DNA from: a virus
DNA: 64,000 nucleotides
Virus record (IMG/VR): IMGVR_UViG_3300045988_162372
Reading direction: 5' to 3' (one strand)
The notes beneath the pieces are model-generated. The model was not told the DNA's origin and did no database searches. It saw only the letters and a list, made by a program, of their open reading frames with translations. Shown piece after piece: positions 35,661 through 42,529 of this stretch. The position numbers were made by a program, and so were the translations under genes. How positions within the stretch are numbered: position 1 is the first letter of the stretch; the number at the start of each line of letters is the position of its first letter.

Positions 35661-37922
35661 TCAACTAATGGTCTTGCTTTTATTATATGTATTATTTATA
35701 ATGTCCCATATCTTATCAAGATAACCCATTCTTCTGATTATCTTGTAAATAACATTTCCGCTTCCCATTTCACCAGAACGCTTAAGACTCTCTTTCCGTA
35801 TTCCTTTTATTTTATCCAATAGTTTTTTAACATTCTTACCTATCATATCTATCTTATGGTTATCTGTTTCTTTTTTTAGGTCTTTTTCGTAACTGTCTAT
35901 CAGTGTCATAAACTTAGCTGCCTGTTCTTTGACATAGACTTCATTTATCTTAGCATCATCAATGTTTTTTGGTTCTTTAATCCATTCATTCTTGTCAAGC
36001 GAATAGACACCACCCGCCTCTAATTTATCGTCTTTATCTTGAACATATAATTCAACAGGAAAACCGTATATTGTTAAATCTTCATGGTCTCGTTTCCATA
36101 GTTCCTTTTTACTGTTAAAATAATCTTCTACAAATTCTTTTTTCTTGTATATCTTGCTGAAGTCTATAATGATATGCACATCAATGTCAGAATATTTAGA
36201 CCAATTATAATTTGCAATAGAACCTGTAAGAATTATATCCTCTGGTTTCACCCATCTTACAGAAAGTTCGTCTATAAAATCATCAGCTATGTCAAGAAGT
36301 CTTAATCGTACCCGTGAATTAAGTTTATCATTAACCCATATCTTAGGATTAAGTTCATCTTGTACTTCAAACGATTTCAAACTTATGTCAGAGCTTGACA
36401 CTTCATTTATTCTATTAACTGATTCAAGCACCCCTTGTTGGCGTAGATAATCTTCTCCAACAGTCTGACGCAGTATTTGTAATATAACAACATCATCCAC
36501 CCTATATTCTCCGATTTGATTAAGCAGTTTGTTATGCTCCCCTATATAGTTTGCAAAATCATATATATCACCATTACATTTCTTTAATATATTGCTGAAT
36601 GTTTCTTGATTATACCAATCTAGTTCTTCAATTCTAAAATTCCTACCTTGAATACTAACAGAACTATCACGGGAGGTTACTTCGCCCCCATTCATGAATT
36701 CAAATGTATGATTTTCAAATTCAGATTTATCAACTTCAATAGAAAATACAACGCCTCTTGCAAAATTATCTTTGAAAGATGTGAAAAACCAGTTAACTCC
36801 ATAAGTCTCCCCAGTCCTTTTTCCATGACGAGCATTTATTTCTCCATCAAGCAATATATCTTCCAACGCAAATATATCAGTTCCATGATATAGTCTTATT
36901 TTTTGTGGAAGACTATCATAATTTTCAGGTTTCCATTCATTTATATGTTGCACAGATTCATTTGTCGGATTGGATAATATATTCATTATTTCTTGTTTTG
37001 TATGAAAAATGGGGTTTTCTTCTTTGTCAAACAAATAAACACCTTCAATAGCATTAGGCATTACAATACCCCTATACCCTATTTTTGGAAATTTTGTACC
37101 ATATCTCTTACTATTTTGCGCAATCTCGCCTTTAAATGCATTCCAATAAGGTTTGGAAGACGTATAAGGATCATCTTTTCCTGGATATGTAAATTCCTTA
37201 ACAAAGTCAAAGTCAAGTACAACTTTATTCTTATCTATATGGTCTGAATTAATTTTCAAAACCGCCATAGGTGATTTTTTATCATCATTATACATGCCAG
37301 CGTAAGATTTAGCAATAGCGAAATCAGATGTAAGGAAAACAAATCCGTCATTTTTTGCATTAAAAATTGAATTGTCTTGCATTTTTCTAAGACCTTTGGT
37401 TAAAATGCCATATAAATGCTTCATAACAGTACCATGATATAATGGATTGGCGATTTGGATTGTATGCGGATTTTTTACTGTATCATTAATTGTTACAGCC
37501 TTACCATTTACAATAATTTTATCAAATGCCTTTGATTGTTCACTTTGTAGGAATTGCTTAAATTCAGGTGATGCTGTTACATTATATGATGTATTTTCAA
37601 TATCTAAACTCAAGCCATCATCATCATAATCAACCATACCTATTATGACTTTGGGAAAACTAATGAAATAATCATATATTGCATTAATAACATCTCCACT
37701 ATTATGGAATTCATTTTTTAATGCCCCATCATTATAAAAGAAATGTTCTTTTACAGATGGAAAAGCATCGCATAATTCTTTAATCAAACGCATTAAAGTA
37801 TTACTATATCCGTCTTCCTCATTCAAAATATACACATTTCCTTTGAAGATGACTACCATATCATCAACATCCAAAGCATTGAAGTTACCATTTACATATC
37901 TTAATTCGCAAATATCAGCCAT
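35661..37922 (-). CDS. Multidomain protein: two tandem ART-fold-like (Tpt1/KptA/PARP-type LYHGT) modules plus a Pol-beta-superfamily nucleotidyltransferase domain
   Basis: PLYHGTVMKHLYGILTKGL...GFVFLTSDFAIAKSYA and RLYHGTDIFALEDILLDGE...GVNWFFTSF. NTase motif ILTGSIANYNWSKYSDIDVHIIIDF plus downstream FPVELYVQD. Confidence 0.5.
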   Translation of the reverse strand: MADICELRYVNGNFNALDVDDMVVIFKGNVYILNEEDGYSNTLMRLIKELCDAFPSVKEHFFYNDGALKNEFHNSGDVINAIYDYFISFPKVIIGMVDYDDDGLSLDIENTSYNVTASPEFKQFLQSEQSKAFDKIIVNGKAVTINDTVKNPHTIQIANPLYHGTVMKHLYGILTKGLRKMQDNSIFNAKNDGFVFLTSDFAIAKSYAGMYNDDKKSPMAVLKINSDHIDKNKVVLDFDFVKEFTYPGKDDPYTSSKPYWNAFKGEIAQNSKRYGTKFPKIGYRGIVMPNAIEGVYLFDKEENPIFHTKQEIMNILSNPTNESVQHINEWKPENYDSLPQKIRLYHGTDIFALEDILLDGEINARHGKRTGETYGVNWFFTSFKDNFARGVVFSIEVDKSEFENHTFEFMNGGEVTSRDSSVSIQGRNFRIEELDWYNQETFSNILKKCNGDIYDFANYIGEHNKLLNQIGEYRVDDVVILQILRQTVGEDYLRQQGVLESVNRINEVSSSDISLKSFEVQDELNPKIWVNDKLNSRVRLRLLDIADDFIDELSVRWVKPEDIILTGSIANYNWSKYSDIDVHIIIDFSKIYKKKEFVEDYFNSKKELWKRDHEDLTIYGFPVELYVQDKDDKLEAGGVYSLDKNEWIKEPKNIDDAKINEVYVKEQAAKFMTLIDSYEKDLKKETDNHKIDMIGKNVKKLLDKIKGIRKESLKRSGEMGSGNVIYKIIRRMGYLDKIWDIINNTYNKSKTIS

Positions 37923-37982
37923 ATTTAATCTTTTTAATATAAAATAAATAGCAAAAAATTTGGCTATATCAACAATAAGTCA

Positions 37983-37990
37983 TATCTTTG
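37983..37990 (+). promoter_or_regulatory. Bacteroidota-type -7 box TATCTTTG upstream of clpX
   Basis: CATATCTTTGCAAC, 30 nt before ATG 38020. Confidence 0.55.
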
Positions 37991-38019
37991 CAACATCAAA
38001 GCACTAAAAAATATTATAT

Positions 38020-39141
38020 ATGCAAAAAGAAAATACAGTTACAGAAAATGCAAAGGAAATAAAAGACGTTTTGCCAAAGGTAGGATTAACTCCTAAGCAG
38101 CTTCATGACCAGCTTAATGAATACATCATTGGTCAGGATGAAGCAAAGAAAACTCTATGTGTTGGGATGTATAATCATTGGAAAAGAGTTTTAATGAATA
38201 AAATGGGACTAACCATTGATAACGAAACTTTGAAAGATGTAAATATAGAAAAATCAAATATACTGCTACTTGGTAATACAGGTACAGGAAAAACTTATAT
38301 TATTAAAACTCTTGCGAAAATGTTGGGTTTGCCTTGCTATATTGGTGACGCAACTAGACTTACTAGTGCAGGGTATGTAGGTGATGACATAGAAACTGTT
38401 ATCACTGGGCTTTTACAAGAATGCAATTACAATGTGCAAGCTGCTGAAATGGGAATTATTTGTATTGACGAAGCAGATAAGCTATCACGAAAAGGAGATA
38501 ATCCTTCTCTGACAAGAGATGTTGGTGGTGAAAGTGTGCAACAAGGAATCCTAAAGATTGTAGAAGGTGGCGTTGTAGGTGTACCTCCCTTTGGTGGTAG
38601 AAAACATCCTGAACAACCGTTGCTTTATGTTGATACAACAAATATTCTTTTCATTTTTATGGGAGCTTTTGAAGGATTGGATAAGATTATATCTAAACGT
38701 TGTAATACTTGTCGTATTGGTTTTAATCAGCAACCTACAGTAAAGAATACGGAAGATATAATGAACAATGTAACGCCAGAAGATTTGAAGAAATATGGAT
38801 TTATCCCAGAATTGATAGGTCGTTTCCCAATCATTACATCAACCAAAGATTTAACTAAAAAAGATTTAGTCAGAATTTTGAAAGAACCTAAAAATGCGAT
38901 TATTAAACAATATCAAAAGCTATTAGCCCTTGATGATATTACATTGAATTTTTTAGACAAGGCACTTGAAAAGATTGCTGAATATGCATTGGAAACAAAA
39001 ACTGGTGCAAGAGGGTTGAAAAGAATTATGGAACAAGTATTGAACAATGTTATGTACGATTTTTCTGATTATAAAGGAAAGACTATTACCATAGATACAA
39101 AATATGTTGTCAATACTCTAAAATATAAAAAAGCTGCTTAA
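38020..39141 (+). CDS. clpX: ClpX-like AAA+ unfoldase lacking the N-terminal zinc-binding domain
   Basis: Collinear with E. coli ClpX from about residue 62. Walker A LLLGNTGTGKT, pore loop GYVG, Walker B ICIDEADKL, RKH loop GGRKHP, IGF loop CRIGFN, sensor TGARGLKRI. No C4 zinc-ribbon N-domain. Confidence 0.92.
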   Translation: MQKENTVTENAKEIKDVLPKVGLTPKQLHDQLNEYIIGQDEAKKTLCVGMYNHWKRVLMNKMGLTIDNETLKDVNIEKSNILLLGNTGTGKTYIIKTLAKMLGLPCYIGDATRLTSAGYVGDDIETVITGLLQECNYNVQAAEMGIICIDEADKLSRKGDNPSLTRDVGGESVQQGILKIVEGGVVGVPPFGGRKHPEQPLLYVDTTNILFIFMGAFEGLDKIISKRCNTCRIGFNQQPTVKNTEDIMNNVTPEDLKKYGFIPELIGRFPIITSTKDLTKKDLVRILKEPKNAIIKQYQKLLALDDITLNFLDKALEKIAEYALETKTGARGLKRIMEQVLNNVMYDFSDYKGKTITIDTKYVVNTLKYKKAA

Positions 39142-39239
39142 CAGCAACTACCATAAGGCTTCATATCTCAGCAATCATCTATGTGTAGTGCATAGCAGCT
39201 TTATAATTAAATATCATAAAGGAATACAAAGTTATATAA

Positions 39240-39662
39240 ATGAATAATAAAGACAGAAAAGTTAAACAAGTAATAGTTATCAGGAAAGATTTGAAAATGA
39301 GAACTGGCAAAGCAATAGCACAAGGTTCTCATGCATCATTAGGTGCATTGCTTACTGTGTTTGATAAAATGGAATATCCAGATGATAGGGTTAAATATAC
39401 TCTATCCTTTAATAAGGATTCTGTATTGGATAAATGGCTTAATGGCATATTTACCAAAATATGTGTTTATGTCAATAGTGAAAAAGAATTGGATGAATTA
39501 TATAATAATATAAAAAGTAACTCCCCACAAATACCTTGTGTACTTATTGAAGATGTGGGTTTAACAGAGTTTCATAACGTTAAAACGAAAACTTGTATAG
39601 GTATAGGCCCTTGGTGGAATGATGAAATTGATGAATATACAAAAAATTTACCACTTCTTTAA
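39240..39662 (+). CDS. Peptidyl-tRNA hydrolase, PTH2 (archaeal/eukaryotic-type) family
   Basis: KQVIVIRKDLKMRTGKAIAQGSHASLGA ... KICVYVNSEKEL ... IEDVGLTEF..KTKTCIGIGPW follows the PTH2 pattern. Confidence 0.8.
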   Translation: MNNKDRKVKQVIVIRKDLKMRTGKAIAQGSHASLGALLTVFDKMEYPDDRVKYTLSFNKDSVLDKWLNGIFTKICVYVNSEKELDELYNNIKSNSPQIPCVLIEDVGLTEFHNVKTKTCIGIGPWWNDEIDEYTKNLPLL

Positions 39663-39704
39663 AAATAAGCGATATTTATCGCAAATTATTATATATTTTT
39701 AATC

Positions 39705-40040
39705 ATGAATAAACTTAAATTAGATAATATCATTGAAGATGGTAAATATAAAGGGAAAAAGGTTTCAGAATTAGCTTTAAATAAAAAAGTAATTTTTGAA
39801 CTATTAAAGAATGGATATAATTTCGATGATGAAGTGTTGCTGCAAGCAGGTATAAAGAAAACTGTTAGGGACATTAGAACAAGGACTGAGGTTGTAGAAC
39901 ATGAAAAAGATACAAAAGTATATCCAAAAGAGACTGCGAGCATTTCAAAAATATTGAAAGATTTGGAAACTGTCGTTAATCAAAGTCAATACTATGATAG
40001 CAACAGTGACGGGGTTTTAAAAGATTTATCAGATGAATAG
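39705..40040 (+). CDS. Hypothetical protein
   Basis: ORF preceded by GATATTTATC at 39671. Confidence 0.5.
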   Translation: MNKLKLDNIIEDGKYKGKKVSELALNKKVIFELLKNGYNFDDEVLLQAGIKKTVRDIRTRTEVVEHEKDTKVYPKETASISKILKDLETVVNQSQYYDSNSDGVLKDLSDE

Positions 40041-40057
40041 TATAAGAAAGGAAATAT

Positions 40058-40987
40058 ATGGCTAATAATATTATAGGATTTGCTGGTAGGGCAAGAAGCG
40101 GAAAATCAACTTTAGCTCAAGTATTACATAATGAAGAAGGATATCAAATATTGACAATTGCAAATTATTTAAAAAAACTATGTTGTAAATTGTTGGGGGA
40201 TATATCCTTAACTCAATTAAATGAGTTAAAAAACAATGATACTGATATCACTAACCTATTAAAGATTGATGATAATTTCATACACATCATCAATGAAGCA
40301 ACTGGCATAGGTTATGAAGTGATTAAAAATGAATTGATTAATTTACCTTACGGAATTCCAACTGTAAGGGCAATGCTTCAAATTGTAGGAACTGATATTA
40401 TCAGAAAATATTACCCTGATTGGCATATTATCCAATTGGTTAATGAAATAGAAAGTTTACCAGATGATGTAAACATTGTAGTTGATGATGTACGTTTTCC
40501 AAATGAAAGAAAGGAAATAGAAAGATTGGGAGGTATTGTTATTTTTATTATGCGACCTACAATGCTTTCAATGGTTTATAATCATCCTTCTGAAATAAGT
40601 CTTCAATGGTTTAACTTCATGGAAAAAAGGATTATTATTAACTATTCAAATCAATATGAATTTATTAGTAATTTTCTTGAAATGAAAACAAATGATTTCA
40701 GAAGAATGCCTTTAAGACAAGAGAAATATTTAGAAAGTGTAAAGGGTATAAATCATTTGTATGGACTACAATATACAGACATTGAATTACTGAATCATAT
40801 TGTAAGTAATTTAACAGAAAATAATCTAATAAATAAACCTAGTTATTATCCGTATATATCTTTGACATGTAGTAACAGTTTTCAAAAGACAATAATAGCT
40901 ATGGAAGCCAATATCAAACATGGTGGAGAAAATAAAATTGATATTCTAGATCCATTTATAATTGAAAATTTAAAATTATATTTATAA
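40058..40987 (+). CDS. Deoxynucleoside monophosphate kinase-like protein with a C-terminal extension
   Basis: P-loop GFAGRARSGKSTLA and VVDDVRFPNERKEIERLGG (dNMP-kinase D.RF.NE motif). Confidence 0.65.
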   Translation: MANNIIGFAGRARSGKSTLAQVLHNEEGYQILTIANYLKKLCCKLLGDISLTQLNELKNNDTDITNLLKIDDNFIHIINEATGIGYEVIKNELINLPYGIPTVRAMLQIVGTDIIRKYYPDWHIIQLVNEIESLPDDVNIVVDDVRFPNERKEIERLGGIVIFIMRPTMLSMVYNHPSEISLQWFNFMEKRIIINYSNQYEFISNFLEMKTNDFRRMPLRQEKYLESVKGINHLYGLQYTDIELLNHIVSNLTENNLINKPSYYPYISLTCSNSFQKTIIAMEANIKHGGENKIDILDPFIIENLKLYL

Positions 40988-40998
40988 ACAGAACAATT

Positions 40999-41565
40999 AT
41001 GAAAAATTTTCCAGTAAAAGTAGACGGTAAAGAATATTGGATTTCACGTTCAATAGCAGTATGTGTGTTTGTATTTAAAATAAAAGGCAATAAACTGTAT
41101 GCCTTAATTGAACGCAGAGGAAAAGGTGCTGCTGATGAACAAGGAAAGCTATGCACCTGCTCAGGGTATCTAGACTTCAACGAATGTGATAGAGAAGCTA
41201 CCACAAGAGAATTAATGGAAGAGTGTGGGTTTATTGCAAAAGAAGAACGTTTACAATTTATGTATATCAATTCAGACCCCAAAGCGGATAAAAGACAGAA
41301 TGTAACAATACATTATGTTTATTTTGCGAAAGGTAACGAAGACTTTAATGAGAAGAAAGCTATTGGGGGAGAAGTAGATGAGGTTGCCGATGTAAAATGG
41401 ATGGAGATCGGAAATTTTGATAAAGATAAGGTGCTATATGTTAATATTTATGATATAATGGCTGAAGATTGGGCATTTAATCATGACCATATCATGATAG
41501 ACCATTTATCTAAATTCTTTAAACTGAAATATAATGGGCAAGAAAAAGAAAAAGAATCTGATTGA
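40999..41565 (+). CDS. Nudix hydrolase
   Basis: Nudix box GYLDFNECDREATTRELMEECGF (G-x5-E-x7-REUxEExGU). Confidence 0.85.
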   Translation: MKNFPVKVDGKEYWISRSIAVCVFVFKIKGNKLYALIERRGKGAADEQGKLCTCSGYLDFNECDREATTRELMEECGFIAKEERLQFMYINSDPKADKRQNVTIHYVYFAKGNEDFNEKKAIGGEVDEVADVKWMEIGNFDKDKVLYVNIYDIMAEDWAFNHDHIMIDHLSKFFKLKYNGQEKEKESD

Positions 41566-41755
41566 CGAAGACTGTATTAAGGCTTTCAGAAAAGCAAACA
41601 GAGAAATTGAAATGGAAAGAAACGGCGGAAGATGGATTGCAATAGATAGACCACACCGTAACAAAAAGAAGTATTACAGAAAAGAAAAACATAAAAATAA
41701 TGGGGATTCTAAAAATCTCCATTATTTTGCGTTTGTGTATATTGTCAAAAAATAA
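41534..41755 (+). CDS. Small basic ORF with ArfA-like (alternative ribosome-rescue factor) features; uncertain
   Basis: HRNKKKYYRKEKHKNNGD...KNLHYFAFVY versus E. coli ArfA [21 protein letters not shown]...[10 protein letters not shown] (from memory). It overlaps the Nudix 3' end by 32 nt and contains a terminator hairpin, so it could be spurious. Confidence 0.3.
   Translation: MGKKKKKNLIDEDCIKAFRKANREIEMERNGGRWIAIDRPHRNKKKYYRKEKHKNNGDSKNLHYFAFVYIVKK
41699..41723. terminator. Bidirectional hairpin terminator, located inside the small basic ORF
   Basis: 9-bp stem AATGGGGAT / ATCTCCATT (one G-U pair) with a 7-nt loop. T-rich tracts follow on both strands. Confidence 0.65.
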
Positions 41756-42437
41756 GTGCCTTTAATTTTTCAATGTCAGTAGAGATACGACCTCCTATAT
41801 CTTTTATATTCATTGTACTTTCTCTTGAAGTAAGCACAAGCATTGCATCAATTCTTCCGTTCTTTGTTAATGGTATCGCAAAAATAGAATTACTCCCGTT
41901 GTGTACTAATTTTTTACATAATCTTGCACCTACAGTTCCTTTATATTCTTTAATGTTTTCAATATAAAGATAACCATTTTTGTCCATTTCATTAAAAATG
42001 TCATAATATTCACTAGTTCTCTGTTTTTGATAATAATCCGAGATTGGCATGATTGAATCATTAGTAAAATCATATTGTTCATAAACTAAAGACATATATA
42101 AAAATGATACTTTGTTTATGTTCTCGGTTGAATTATGCATTTCCATTAAACATACCCTGTCTACACCATATCGCAGCCTGATATTTTCAAGTATAGGCGG
42201 AATCATCTGGTCTGCTAATAACCTTTTGTCTATAGAAGCAAAATGCTCTTGTCTGTCATTTTTTTGCAATGTCTCAATAACGTGTTCTAAATTAATAGGG
42301 TTAATTATTACAGAATATATTATTATAATTAGCAGTGTACAATATGTTGATACTGCAACCCCATTTCTTTTCACAGCACCAACGAACTTACTGAAAGCGG
42401 ATGCTATAGTTCCTAAAATTGTTTGTTTTTCATCCAT
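41745..42437 (-). CDS. Membrane-anchored protein with a GAF-like C-terminal domain
   Basis: TM helix YCTLLIIIIYSVIINPI. The C-terminal ...IFAIPLTKNGRIDAMLVLTSRE is reminiscent of GAF domains. Confidence 0.45.
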   Translation of the reverse strand: MDEKQTILGTIASAFSKFVGAVKRNGVAVSTYCTLLIIIIYSVIINPINLEHVIETLQKNDRQEHFASIDKRLLADQMIPPILENIRLRYGVDRVCLMEMHNSTENINKVSFLYMSLVYEQYDFTNDSIMPISDYYQKQRTSEYYDIFNEMDKNGYLYIENIKEYKGTVGARLCKKLVHNGSNSIFAIPLTKNGRIDAMLVLTSRESTMNIKDIGGRISTDIEKLKALIF

Positions 42438-42480
42438 TATTGTCTGTATTTGTTTATAATAAATAGTATATTGAAAAAAT

Positions 42481-42507
42481 AAAACGGCAGATATTTTCTA
42501 CCGTTTT
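42481..42507 (-). terminator. Terminator after the 1546-aa fibre gene
   Basis: Stem AAAACGG..CCGTTTT followed by a T-run on the minus strand. Confidence 0.6.
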
Positions 42508-42529
42508 ATCCATGTAAAGTATATCTATT

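Noticed and set aside
39130-39202. Long-range pairing AAAGCTGCT / AGCAGCTTT enclosing a small CTATG/CATAG hairpin downstream of clpX: a possible structured RNA
   Set aside because: The two stems overlap and compete, the loop is large and unstructured, and there is no conserved-looking motif. It is more likely a weak terminator or chance complementarity.
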